In this document: in pieces, positions 49,736-59,797 of the stretch | How the letters are laid out: every line of letters starts with the position of its first letter | Numbering within the stretch: the first letter of the stretch is position 1 | From: an uncultured virus (IMG/VR IMGVR_UViG_3300018080_000168) | Lineage: Duplodnaviria > Heunggongvirae > Uroviricota > Caudoviricetes | Length of the DNA: 64,000 bases | Strand: one strand, 5' to 3' | IMG/VR virus record: IMGVR_UViG_3300018080_000168 | Notes under the pieces: model-generated | What the model was told of the DNA's origin: nothing | Database searches by the model: none | What the model saw: only the letters and a program-made list of their open reading frames with translations | Position numbers and translations under genes: made by a program

Positions 49736-50212
49736 TTATTCTCCTATTTCCTCTTTCCAATACTTTTTTATTCTTTGTTGAGCCTGTACAAGAGTTTGCA
49801 AATTTGCTATATTCAGCTTCCTGCAGGACTCTAAATTTGCTTCAGAATTCATTATTGCATAGTTTCTTAAGGATGCAGGTGTAATATCACCACAATATTT
49901 ATGTACAATTCTTTCAATTTGTCTATTTGATAACATATCTTTTGTTCCAGGAAAGATATAATTGCTTGAGTCCAATCTATGCTCCATCCAATCAATTAGA
50001 ACTTCATAGGTATTTACAGAAATGCTTATTTTCCTCATTCCAATTTTCAATTTGCAGCTTGGCAATATATCAAATTTTGTCAAATCCACTAATTCAGAAA
50101 CTTTTAGCCCTTCAATACCAAGAAGCAAAAATATGCATCTGTCTCTACTCTTCCTAATTTTGTTGAAAGCGGTATTGAATTCCTCGGTACTTATTATATG
50201 CCTTTTGGCCAT
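49736..50212 (-). CDS. Degenerate tyrosine-recombinase-like protein
   Basis: RDRCIFLLLGIEGLKVSELV, YIFPG, TPASLR; lacks the catalytic R, H and Y. Confidence 0.7.
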   Translation of the reverse strand: MAKRHIISTEEFNTAFNKIRKSRDRCIFLLLGIEGLKVSELVDLTKFDILPSCKLKIGMRKISISVNTYEVLIDWMEHRLDSSNYIFPGTKDMLSNRQIERIVHKYCGDITPASLRNYAIMNSEANLESCRKLNIANLQTLVQAQQRIKKYWKEEIGE

Positions 50213-50216
50213 TCAA

Positions 50217-51527
50217 TCACCCAACTTCAAGAATTTCAGCCAAGACTTCTTCTTCCCAATATTCGGAGTGTCTCAAGGAATTGTGGAATCCCAATTCTTG
50301 CTGAATTTCTTTGTTAGTTAGTATATCTTTGACCTTATATTTATTTATTTGCATTATGTGGCTTATAGGGTCGTCCATTGGCTTAAAAATCAATGTCCTC
50401 GATTCTGTACTTGGAATTTCGACTATGATAGCACCATTATGCCAAACAAAAGAAAAATTGCCATTAGGCGATACCAACATTTTTGCACAATGTTTTTCTA
50501 AATGTGAAATATAACTTTCTTCATGGGTTTGTCTCCAGAAAAATTCTCTTATTTCATCATGTCCAACAGTAAAGTTGGCCTCTTCGAATCTTCTTTGGAT
50601 TTCTTCAAATGTCATTGGGCTTATGGATTCAGTTATTCTATTTATCAAATTGCGATAACTATCGATTTTTCTATAATTGCTGACTATTTCCTGTATGTCT
50701 TCAACAGTTCTTCTTTCAAAATGGCTATTTCCTTTGAAGAGTTGCCAATAAATTCTTTCTTGCCATTTGCCATCAACTTTTTTCATGAAACCACGTTTAA
50801 TCCAGATACCGTGTATTTCAACATGGCCAGGAAATTGGTCTTTGATTAAATTGTAAGCAATTGATGAATAAAAGGGAACTCTGATTGTGCCTTTGAAGGC
50901 TTCTTTGTTCATGGTTGTATAGAAATCTGCTCCACTTTTATGATAATTAAGAGAGGATGTTTTTATGATGATTGTTTCTTCAAGAAACTGTGGTTTTTGC
51001 ATTATGATTGCTTTTACAATGAAGGTTTTGCCTACTATCTCTCCTTCAATTTTTACTTCTGAAAATGACGGAAGTTGTTCAATTCCTTCAGAATCCCGCC
51101 AGACAATATCATGAGGGAATTTGATTGTTTTTATTTCATATTCAGCAAGTGTTTCATTGCTACCATTAATTGGTTTTGGATTGTATGTAAGATAAAATTC
51201 TTCATCGCCTTCCTCTTTCAGCTGTGTAACATAACCTATTTCAAATTCAGATGTTATTATCCCACTATGCATTCTGTTCGCAGACACCTGACCTACTGTA
51301 GAACAATCTTTTTTATCTGAAACAAATAGCCATTCAGACTCTGTATCGATATCTGCAATGTTGATAATATCACCAATCTTGAATGTATTATAATGCTTCA
51401 TTGCAAACATGGCATGTTGGCCATCTTCGAATTCGACAAAAAACTTGCGATATAGACCGTATGGTCCATCGTAAAGCTTCGGTTTGCCGATTTTAGCAAC
51501 TACACCTTCGTAATTTCCATTTTCCAT
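50217..51527 (-). CDS. Hypothetical protein, possibly tandem OB folds
   Basis: Beta-rich, F.IGD-type strands; has its own TATA box. Confidence 0.45.
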   Translation of the reverse strand: MENGNYEGVVAKIGKPKLYDGPYGLYRKFFVEFEDGQHAMFAMKHYNTFKIGDIINIADIDTESEWLFVSDKKDCSTVGQVSANRMHSGIITSEFEIGYVTQLKEEGDEEFYLTYNPKPINGSNETLAEYEIKTIKFPHDIVWRDSEGIEQLPSFSEVKIEGEIVGKTFIVKAIIMQKPQFLEETIIIKTSSLNYHKSGADFYTTMNKEAFKGTIRVPFYSSIAYNLIKDQFPGHVEIHGIWIKRGFMKKVDGKWQERIYWQLFKGNSHFERRTVEDIQEIVSNYRKIDSYRNLINRITESISPMTFEEIQRRFEEANFTVGHDEIREFFWRQTHEESYISHLEKHCAKMLVSPNGNFSFVWHNGAIIVEIPSTESRTLIFKPMDDPISHIMQINKYKVKDILTNKEIQQELGFHNSLRHSEYWEEEVLAEILEVG

Positions 51528-51562
51528 TTTATCACTTCCAATAATACTAATGGACACACTGA

Positions 51563-51613
51563 TATATAAAAGTATCTATTCCAATACAAATTGGAGCAAA
51601 AGTAATATATAAG
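51563..51613. promoter_or_regulatory. Divergent TATA boxes at the strand switch
   Basis: Minus strand TTTATATA at 51563-51570; plus strand AATATATAAG near 51605. Confidence 0.55.
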
Positions 51614-51648
51614 GGAAACACCATTATTGGTTTAACAAGGGTTGCCTA

Positions 51649-52005
51649 ATGAGTGAAGAAAGAATAGAAAAAATAACACTTCGATTGTCAATTGAAGCAC
51701 AAAAAAAGTTACTTGACATAGCAAAAAGATTCCCAGGAAAAGATGGTCGTCTTTACAATGATGAAGTAGTTATAAATTGTGTGCTTTCAGGATTGAGTCC
51801 AGAGGAAGTGTGTAATGCTATACCAGGAATGAAAAAGAAACGGATGTCAAGAAGAGGAGACAGAGGAGGAATTCTTTTTGTGTGTCCTAAATGTGGGCAT
51901 GTTTCTCAATCGTTTCAAGAGAAGGATGAACATGATGTTCTCTGTCAGGCAACTGTCGAAAATCCGTGGGGAGATATGAAATGGTTTGATGAGGTGAGAA
52001 CTTGA
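51649..52005 (+). CDS. RHH-like plus C2H2-like Zn-finger regulator
   Basis: KITLRLS..; FVCPKCG..F....H...C. Confidence 0.55.
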   Translation: MSEERIEKITLRLSIEAQKKLLDIAKRFPGKDGRLYNDEVVINCVLSGLSPEEVCNAIPGMKKKRMSRRGDRGGILFVCPKCGHVSQSFQEKDEHDVLCQATVENPWGDMKWFDEVRT

Positions 52006-53441
52006 ATGAGCAAAATGTAAAAAAAGTTTACTTGTGTCCCGAGTGCGGTGAGGAAATACTCAATCGTGAAGACCCAATTTGCGAGAATTGCGGTTGGTTT
52101 CCTGACAGAAGTAATGATAACGACGATATGACTGAAGAAATGATTAGAGATGCTGTATTTCAGTGGTTAGATGATGAATATGACCAAGGAAATACATCTC
52201 TTGATGTTCATGATATTACAGACGAATTGCAAATAAGTTTTGGCAAAGCAAGGGCTTACAAAAGAGAATGGCTTAAACTAAAAAAGCAAATTACAAATGT
52301 GAAAAAGAAAGAAGAGCAATTGCTTGAAAGAGAGCAATCTTTAAAAGATGAAATTGAAAAAGTCAGACAGGTTGCAGCAAGACAGCAGCAATATCAACAG
52401 CCACAATATCAGCAACCACAGCAAAATCCTAATAATGGTAATGACCATGCATTTCAAATGGTTATTGAGTCTTACAAAGAAAGAGTAGGGTTCTTGCAAG
52501 AAGAGCTTCGCCAATCAAGAACAAAGATTGCTGAATTAGAAAGAGAGCTGCGGTCAATCTTGCAGACACCAAGACAGCCAGACCAAAAGTGGGAAAAAGT
52601 TGAAGATGCTTTGATGAACAAATTTATTGAGTCAACTCTCAATCCTACAACACAGAGTTCTGGTAACTGGGTAAAAGACCTTGTTGGAGGCGTTGGACCA
52701 TATATTCCACAAATTGCACAAGAATTAAGAGGACTTTCACAGGATATGGCCAATAGGAACAATCCAAGTTACGACCCATATGCTGGTGTTCCACCGCCAC
52801 AGAATGTTACATCTTTGCCACCACCACCTATGCCACCCCAGCAAAGACCCTCTGTTCAAGTACCACCAACAGGCTTGAAACAGCAAACTATTCAGCAACA
52901 GCCATCAGCCCAACCAGCACCAACACCAGCACCAGCACCAGCACCAGCACCACAGCCAGAGCCTACAAAAACAGAGCCAGTAACAACAGAGCCACTGCCT
53001 ACACAAACACCACCAGCTACTGCCCAAGAAGTACAACAAGCAATACAGTCTACTTATCCAAATGTTCCTACTGATATTACAGAAATGGCAATTCGATGTG
53101 TAGAAACAGAGGCACCACAATTGCAAACTCTCGATGAAAAATTTGTTGCTACAATTGATGTTTTGAAAATTGTTGCGATGCTTCGAGACATAGGAATAGG
53201 CATGAAAAGAGTCATCTCTGGAACAGTTTCAATTCCAGCAGCAACTGACTTTTTAGTGAAAAATTATCCACAGTATGCAACTGTATTGGCAGAGTCTGGA
53301 TATGAAACATGGCTGCAAAAGGGTTCATATTTCTCAAGCCATCCAATACATGGCAAAGATATTGAATTTCTGAATAGACCAGATGTAAGGCAAGCAATGG
53401 AGCAGATTGTAGCAGAATTGAGAAGGAGGAATTCGGCCTGA
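52002..53441 (+). CDS. Zn-ribbon / coiled-coil / Pro-Gln-rich protein
   Basis: CPEC..CENC; heptads; (PA)n repeat near 52910-52955. Confidence 0.65.
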   Translation: MNEQNVKKVYLCPECGEEILNREDPICENCGWFPDRSNDNDDMTEEMIRDAVFQWLDDEYDQGNTSLDVHDITDELQISFGKARAYKREWLKLKKQITNVKKKEEQLLEREQSLKDEIEKVRQVAARQQQYQQPQYQQPQQNPNNGNDHAFQMVIESYKERVGFLQEELRQSRTKIAELERELRSILQTPRQPDQKWEKVEDALMNKFIESTLNPTTQSSGNWVKDLVGGVGPYIPQIAQELRGLSQDMANRNNPSYDPYAGVPPPQNVTSLPPPPMPPQQRPSVQVPPTGLKQQTIQQQPSAQPAPTPAPAPAPAPQPEPTKTEPVTTEPLPTQTPPATAQEVQQAIQSTYPNVPTDITEMAIRCVETEAPQLQTLDEKFVATIDVLKIVAMLRDIGIGMKRVISGTVSIPAATDFLVKNYPQYATVLAESGYETWLQKGSYFSSHPIHGKDIEFLNRPDVRQAMEQIVAELRRRNSA

Positions 53442-53461
53442 AAAGAAAGAAAAAAACTTCT

Positions 53462-54175
53462 ATGGCTTTATACAAGCCGAAATGGTGGAATAAAAGCTCC
53501 TATCAATTTCATGCGTTATTATTGATTATGATAATCGTTACAAGCTCTCCGCTCTACTTTATCGGTTATCAAATGGGCATTCTCGACCCAATTTTGTTGC
53601 AAATTCTGACGAATATCACTAATATTCTTGCTTTGAGTTATGCAGTTTATGTATATTCTGTTTATGATGTAGCAAGGAATAAGGCTGTTGATAAGTTGGC
53701 GGAAAAGGGTGTAGAAGTCCACACATTAGAAGAGGGTGTAAGTGCAATGCTTGCACGTGTAAATGAATTTGCTGATTGGATGGATGAAAACAAGCCTACA
53801 GTCAAGAGATTTTCAGAAAAATTCAAGAATGTTGATTTAGACAAAGTAACAGAAAACATTGAAGATATTGGAGAAATAATTGACAATTTCAGGAAAAGAG
53901 GCTTCAGCAAGGAAAAGATTGACAAATTCTTTGTAACATTGAGCAAAATCGACCCAGATAAACTTAATGAATTCATAGATGAATGGATTGAAAGACAGAA
54001 AATTGTTCAACCATACAAAGAAATAATGTTTAACTCTCCTAAAGAAGTTGGGAATAAGGCAACCCACAAAGTGCATCCTAAAAAGGACTCCCTTCCGAAT
54101 AAGGGTGCGAATTCCTTTTTCCCGCTTCGGGAAAAGAAAAAGAAGGGATTGATTGGCATCACCAAACCCAAATAA
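53462..54175 (+). CDS. Membrane protein, two TM helices plus a helical domain
   Basis: Hydrophobic N-terminal helices. Confidence 0.65.
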   Translation: MALYKPKWWNKSSYQFHALLLIMIIVTSSPLYFIGYQMGILDPILLQILTNITNILALSYAVYVYSVYDVARNKAVDKLAEKGVEVHTLEEGVSAMLARVNEFADWMDENKPTVKRFSEKFKNVDLDKVTENIEDIGEIIDNFRKRGFSKEKIDKFFVTLSKIDPDKLNEFIDEWIERQKIVQPYKEIMFNSPKEVGNKATHKVHPKKDSLPNKGANSFFPLREKKKKGLIGITKPK

Positions 54176-54425
54176 TGTAAAATGGCATGACAGCGATACA
54201 CCTGTTATCTGTGGGACGTGCAAACACATTGCACAGCTTGGAGATGGACAGTTTATCTGTTTGCGTAGGTCTGGTGCCATCAATCCCTATTTATTTGTTA
54301 TAAATCCAATGAATAATGCTGCACAATGCGACCTTTGGACAAAAGGAAAAACCTTGAAGCAATTAGAGAAGCAAGAAAAAAGCAAACTTTCTGCTGATGA
54401 GATTAACAAACTTTCTGGGAAATAA
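54153..54425 (+). CDS. Small Cys-rich protein
   Basis: CGTCKH..C..CDLW. Confidence 0.55.
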   Translation: MASPNPNNVKWHDSDTPVICGTCKHIAQLGDGQFICLRRSGAINPYLFVINPMNNAAQCDLWTKGKTLKQLEKQEKSKLSADEINKLSGK

Positions 54426-54455
54426 TTTTAATAGTAGTTCGTTGTTTTATACTTT

Positions 54456-54956
54456 ATGAAAAGATACATGCTGTTAGATTGGCTTTCCTATTATTTAAAC
54501 AAAAAACAATGGAAAAGTTTGCAAACATTCGATGAATTTGTCGGTTTTTGTGGGAGCCCTGCAAGATGCGGACAGGCTGCAATTCATCACTTTTCTTATA
54601 GATTCGATGGCGATGAGCATCTTTGGCAAAGTCCTAAAACAACATGGGAACGCAGAGGTTTATTCAATAAAATGCTTGGTGATTGTGAGGATTGGGCAAG
54701 ATTTTTCTGTTTATGTCTGAACAAAAATTGCGATGAAGATGCAGTTTTAATGGTTGTATCAAGCAGCAAAAAATGTCATGCAACTTGCGTTTCTCGCAAT
54801 TGGACAATAGGTACTTATTACAGAATAAAACATCCAAGTAACAAATATAAAGACATTGCAGAATTTTTTGTTTCTGATTGGAATAAGATAAAAATTTATT
54901 CACAAGAAACTGATGGTAATTTTCAATTAAGGAAAATTTTACAAATCGAGCGATAA
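54456..54956 (+). CDS. Transglutaminase-like cysteine protease (BTLCP/C93-like)
   Basis: YRFD..WQSP..T..GDCEDWA..HATC. Confidence 0.75.
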   Translation: MKRYMLLDWLSYYLNKKQWKSLQTFDEFVGFCGSPARCGQAAIHHFSYRFDGDEHLWQSPKTTWERRGLFNKMLGDCEDWARFFCLCLNKNCDEDAVLMVVSSSKKCHATCVSRNWTIGTYYRIKHPSNKYKDIAEFFVSDWNKIKIYSQETDGNFQLRKILQIER

Positions 54957-54987
54957 CTATTGGAGAAACACTTGGAGCTGTCTGCGT

Positions 54988-54999
54988 AAACTTTATATA
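54988..54999 (+). promoter_or_regulatory. Archaeal TATA box
   Basis: AAAC-TTTATATA (54992-54999), ATG at 55030. Confidence 0.65.
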
Positions 55000-55029
55000 G
55001 TCCTTAAAACAGTTTCCCTATTGTTTATA

Positions 55030-55713
55030 ATGTTAAGAAACTTTGACCGAGAAGGGTATCAAAGAGGTGGTCCGAAGTGGAGGGTTGCCGATGCCTATGT
55101 TCGAAGGGCTATAAAGGAGAATTTGCATAGGTCTCCTCAAGGTAAAATGCCTAATAAATGGTTGAGGAAGATAACAATAACTGATGAAAATTCCGACCAG
55201 GATAAGATAAAGAAAATAGCAGGTCTTATGTCTTTACTTGCACACCAATCCAGTAGAAGCAGAATTGTTAGAGATGTGGCAAGAGCAATCATACGTGCTT
55301 ATAATGTAGAGCCAAAGGATTTTGAAAATGAATTATGGGCTTTGCAGCACTGGATAATTAATAATATTCGATATACATTTGATACTGGAGAGCAATTCCA
55401 AACTCCGCAAAGAGTTTTGCTCGACTGGTATAATCACCATGATGGAGCAGACTGTGATTGCCTTACGATGCTTTATATCAGTTTGGCAAGAGCATTAGGA
55501 CATGTTAAATTAGCAATTGGATTGCTTGACTCTCGTGGAGATGGCACTATCTCCCATGCAATTGCTTTGGTTAAGTTGCCAAAACCAAAAGAGCCTTGGA
55601 TGTGGAAATGGATTCCAATTGAATTGACAAAGAAAGTTACATTTGGATGGATGACACCAAAAGTAACCAAGCTGTTTGCAGCACCGATTAAAGCAGGAGG
55701 TGGTGTGAGATGA
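55030..55713 (+). CDS. Transglutaminase-like (papain-fold) cysteine protease
   Basis: IRY..D..E.FQTP, ADCDC, SHAI, WIPIE: candidate C-H-E triad. Confidence 0.78.
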   Translation: MLRNFDREGYQRGGPKWRVADAYVRRAIKENLHRSPQGKMPNKWLRKITITDENSDQDKIKKIAGLMSLLAHQSSRSRIVRDVARAIIRAYNVEPKDFENELWALQHWIINNIRYTFDTGEQFQTPQRVLLDWYNHHDGADCDCLTMLYISLARALGHVKLAIGLLDSRGDGTISHAIALVKLPKPKEPWMWKWIPIELTKKVTFGWMTPKVTKLFAAPIKAGGGVR

Positions 55714-57818
55714 TTGAACTTGAAAATGGCCAAATGGCTATGTTTCCAGAAGGTGAGGGTACAGCTCCACATGATGTGGGCAAGATGTGGATAGTCAATC
55801 CTCCAATGAGAGTTGTTGCTGATTTGAAGGATGTCAGTGGTCCAGAGAAAGAGAAAATACACCAGTTAATTGCTGAAAAACTTGAAAAAGCTGGATTTAA
55901 AGTACAGGTAAAGAAAGGTAAAGTTTATTCAGATGGACCTCCTACATCTATTATGAATTTTTTGAAGAATTTCTTGCCTCCAGCAAGTCAGTTTGCACAA
56001 TTCGATAAAAATAAAGTGCTCATTAAATTGAGTCCTAATCCAAAAAACTTTGGATTTAGTGGGACTGTTATGCCACTAAAGAAAAATCCAAAGGTTAATG
56101 TAGTTACAAATCCACAGTTTAAAATTGACGATTTTGTAGTTAAAGTTGGCTCTGACATAAAGGGAAGAGTTTCAGGTTCCGATAATGGCAAAGTAATTGT
56201 CCAATGGGATACTGGAGACACAACAGAGGAACAGCCAACATCACTTACTAAATCTTCTGGTCCGCAATTAATTGATGTCAAAGAAGCTGACCACGGATTT
56301 GATTGGACAGTTTATAGATATTCTGGTGCAGTTTACGATTGGGGTAATTCAGACAGTGAATATCTTGCCTTGGCTGACGCCAGACGTGCATATAATGAGA
56401 TGGTTCAGGAGGAAACAAGATATAATCCTGATAGATATGGCCAGGGAATCTATTCTGATGAAAGTCTTGCAAGATTAAGAGAAGACGCTTGGAGACATTT
56501 CGAAAGTATGAAGATAGTTCCAACAATAGAAGAAATTTTCAATGATATGTGTGATGCCATAGAAGACGAAACAGGATATTGCGATGAGAACATAGTTGCA
56601 AGATTCTTGGGAATGGACGAAGATGATGAAATGGAAAATCCAAAGTTCAAACGGAAGGCCAGACAAGATTCATTGGAGCCAGAAGAGGAATACAGGGCTT
56701 GGATGCACAAACAGGAAGGAATGGGGATGATGAATCCAAACATTTATGCTGATGTAAGAGACCCAAATTTCACACCAAATCCCATAGGAGCAGCTATTGG
56801 TGGCTTGGCAAAAGCAGGAGCAAGAGTAGGAGCTCGGGCTGGTATGAAAGCAGCAAAGTATGGAGCAAGGAAGGGTGCAGGTCTTGCGAAGGAAGGAGTA
56901 AAGTCTGGTGCAAGATATGGAGCCAGGAAATTGCTTGAATATTCTGCTCCGCCACAAGGTTATGCTTATAATGGACCACCATATGGTTGGTCTTGGCAAG
57001 ATTTGCAGAATGCAAAAGTGGAGCTACAAGAGTTACGGAAACTCGGAGACCCAAGATATAAGGATTTAGAGGAGCAAATCGATGAAGTTCAAGTTTATTA
57101 TGATGAAATAAGTTCAAATCCAGGTGATAATATGCAGATTGTAGAGCCAAATCCCCCTAAAAAGACAATGTTTTTCGAACCGAAATACAAAAAGTATGCA
57201 AAAATTATTACTGTCAAATCGATTCCAAAGGCAAAGGAATCTTTGAACAAACTATCTGCAGAATGGAAAAATGCTGATAGAGAAAAGAAAAGAAGGATAA
57301 TCAAAGCTGCTACATTGGCAGCAAACAGAGCAGTTGGCATGACCAAAAGGAAGAAAAGACCACTGCGACAAAAAACTAAAGATGAGAAACTCAAGATTGC
57401 GAAACTGTATCGTGAATGGATTAAATCACATTCACTTTCCTCAAACCCAAATGGAGACGAGGAGGTGCCTGAAATGGAAGAAACACAGCCAATAGAGGAG
57501 CAGGAGGAGGAAATTCAAGAGGACAAAGAGATGTATGAAAACAGTCCTCCTGAACAAAATCCACCTGACGAGTCCCAAGAGGCTTCTGATGAAGCAAACG
57601 ACCCTGAAGAGGAGGAAACCAAAGAAGAAGAAGAAACAGAAGAGCAAGAGGAAGAGGAAGAGCCAAGTGCGGTTCCTGTTGTGAATCCTCCTGAAGCCGA
57701 AGAAAAGCCTTCGGAACATCTTCTGAAGTTCCTTGGATGGGGAAATCCTGTTGGCACTGACAAGAAAATCAAAATATACAGGTGTGTCAAGTGCAACAAA
57801 ACATTCAGGGGTGCGTAA
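55710..57818 (+). CDS. Modular protein punctuated by Asn-Pro motifs (putative polyprotein)
   Basis: 14 NP dipeptides separate compositionally distinct segments. Confidence 0.7.
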   Translation: MIELENGQMAMFPEGEGTAPHDVGKMWIVNPPMRVVADLKDVSGPEKEKIHQLIAEKLEKAGFKVQVKKGKVYSDGPPTSIMNFLKNFLPPASQFAQFDKNKVLIKLSPNPKNFGFSGTVMPLKKNPKVNVVTNPQFKIDDFVVKVGSDIKGRVSGSDNGKVIVQWDTGDTTEEQPTSLTKSSGPQLIDVKEADHGFDWTVYRYSGAVYDWGNSDSEYLALADARRAYNEMVQEETRYNPDRYGQGIYSDESLARLREDAWRHFESMKIVPTIEEIFNDMCDAIEDETGYCDENIVARFLGMDEDDEMENPKFKRKARQDSLEPEEEYRAWMHKQEGMGMMNPNIYADVRDPNFTPNPIGAAIGGLAKAGARVGARAGMKAAKYGARKGAGLAKEGVKSGARYGARKLLEYSAPPQGYAYNGPPYGWSWQDLQNAKVELQELRKLGDPRYKDLEEQIDEVQVYYDEISSNPGDNMQIVEPNPPKKTMFFEPKYKKYAKIITVKSIPKAKESLNKLSAEWKNADREKKRRIIKAATLAANRAVGMTKRKKRPLRQKTKDEKLKIAKLYREWIKSHSLSSNPNGDEEVPEMEETQPIEEQEEEIQEDKEMYENSPPEQNPPDESQEASDEANDPEEEETKEEEETEEQEEEEEPSAVPVVNPPEAEEKPSEHLLKFLGWGNPVGTDKKIKIYRCVKCNKTFRGA

Positions 57819-57820
57819 AG

Positions 57821-59797
57821 ATGGATTCGTGGGATGATGATATCTATGCACCCCACCTTGGGGCATCTCCATTTCTCGATGTGGAGACTGGCTTTGTCGA
57901 TAGTGCTTACAGAGTCAGACACCTTTCGGATACTGAAAAATTGGTTGCAAAGCAAGTCAATCGTGCAAAAGTTGCCGATATGATAAAGAAAAAAGGGAAG
58001 AAACCAAAGTATGTTAAATTCTGGAAGGTTCCAAAACCAATCCAATTGCCCAAAGCGACATATCCCGAGGCTGTGCGGGAAGACATCAAGAAGTGGGCAT
58101 ACAGGAATCCAGTGAAATATGCTGAACTTCAATCCAAGGCACAAGCATCCAAAATCTCCAGGCAATGGAAAACAAAGGTAAAAAAGAAGAGAAATGAATT
58201 GCGAAAACAAATGATGATTGATTTGCAAAAACTTACCAAAGAGATGAAGGAAGCAGTGAAAACAGGTGCTGTTTCAAGCAAAATGGCAAATGAGTTATTC
58301 AAGCAGAAACGCAAGGAATTACAGAACAACATGAAATTACAATTACAGGCTATTAAGAAGTCTTCCCAACAGGAAATGAAAGCTGACAAGGTTAAGTCTT
58401 TAGAAGTTTACAACAAAGTTGTCAGAGCAAGAGGGAACTATATTGACGCCAAGGCAAGAGAGGCAGAAAGTGAAAAACGTAGAATCCAGGGTTTGGTCCA
58501 GAAAGGTGAAATGGACCCAAAAGTAGCCAATCCAATCATTAAATCTCTTGACCAGCGAATAAACAATCTACAGCTTGGCAAGAAACAGCTTCAGCAAAAG
58601 GCAATAGGCAACAAAGTTACTTTCTTGGCAAAACATAAGATTCTGCCAGAAGATAGAGCAAGAGAACTTTCTGATAAAATAAAGAGAGGAGCCAAAAAAG
58701 TTGCAGCTGAAAAAATCATTACAAGTCCAAAGATGCAGAAGGAAAAGAGCGATTTGTATTCTGGAATCAAATGGGAGCAGGCATATGAAGCAGCAATATC
58801 CCATGCAGAAAATGTTGGTGCTTCTTGGGTGATTATTCCGCTGAAAAAGGAGAATGAAACAATCACTGAAATCAAAATGCCTTTGAAAGTTGCCAAGACA
58901 AGACTTGCCAGGCTGAAGATGGGAAACAAGCTGCATGAAGGCAGGATAACGAAAATGAAGGGCAAGGAAAAAGTACCTTCGGGTGTTATTGCTGTTTCAC
59001 AGTATGGCCAAAGGATAGGTCCAGAGGCTATTACTGCACAAATTAACTATATCAAACAGCAATCTGAAAAGGGCAAAATTAATAAAAGTGTTGCAAACAA
59101 AGCCATAATGCACTTGATGAAGGCGAAACAAATGCTGTATGTAAAAGGTCCAAAGAGAAGAGTAATGGTTGTACCTGTTTGCAGAGAAGCTCTAAAGAGA
59201 GGAGCTCCTGCAGGAGAAAAAGTTGCTGTAAGCAAGCCAGGAGTACCCATAACCAAGAAGAAGGCAATTCCTGCAACTGTTCCAACTGCAATTCCGCACA
59301 AAACATATGTTAAAACTGAAGTCAAAACAGTTAAGCCGAAAGCAAAGATTGCAAAGAAAGTTGCAAAGAAAGTACCAGTTGCGAAAAAAGCTGCTGTGCC
59401 AGTTCCTGCAGTAGAGGAAGACATGTTTGAGTCTCTTGTAAGTGCATTTACAGACATGTTCAAAGGATTTGACTTATTTGGCAAGGAAGAAGCACCAGCA
59501 ACTGTCGTTAAGAAGACAACTGTTGTCAAAGTGCCTAAAAAGGTTGCAGTAGCCAAAAAGAAAGCCAAAAAAGTAAAAAAGAAGGCTGCACCAGTGAAGG
59601 GACCGAACAAATTGGTGCCAGATGAGGCAAAGAAAACAGAAAGTGGAGGATTTGATTTCTTCCCCGAAGATTTCCTGAAGGTCAATCTATTTGGTGTACT
59701 GCCGACTGACCCAGACGAATTGCCAGATGCCTATGTGCCTCAAGATTCAAATTTCTACAATGTTCAAGCAGAAAGAGGCTATGATGAGATAGTGTAG
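57821..59797 (+). CDS. Lys-rich, largely helical protein (putative core / DNA-condensing protein)
   Basis: Very basic, K/A/V/P-rich C-terminal half; acidic N-terminal peptide ending PHLG. Confidence 0.6.
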   Translation: MDSWDDDIYAPHLGASPFLDVETGFVDSAYRVRHLSDTEKLVAKQVNRAKVADMIKKKGKKPKYVKFWKVPKPIQLPKATYPEAVREDIKKWAYRNPVKYAELQSKAQASKISRQWKTKVKKKRNELRKQMMIDLQKLTKEMKEAVKTGAVSSKMANELFKQKRKELQNNMKLQLQAIKKSSQQEMKADKVKSLEVYNKVVRARGNYIDAKAREAESEKRRIQGLVQKGEMDPKVANPIIKSLDQRINNLQLGKKQLQQKAIGNKVTFLAKHKILPEDRARELSDKIKRGAKKVAAEKIITSPKMQKEKSDLYSGIKWEQAYEAAISHAENVGASWVIIPLKKENETITEIKMPLKVAKTRLARLKMGNKLHEGRITKMKGKEKVPSGVIAVSQYGQRIGPEAITAQINYIKQQSEKGKINKSVANKAIMHLMKAKQMLYVKGPKRRVMVVPVCREALKRGAPAGEKVAVSKPGVPITKKKAIPATVPTAIPHKTYVKTEVKTVKPKAKIAKKVAKKVPVAKKAAVPVPAVEEDMFESLVSAFTDMFKGFDLFGKEEAPATVVKKTTVVKVPKKVAVAKKKAKKVKKKAAPVKGPNKLVPDEAKKTESGGFDFFPEDFLKVNLFGVLPTDPDELPDAYVPQDSNFYNVQAERGYDEIV

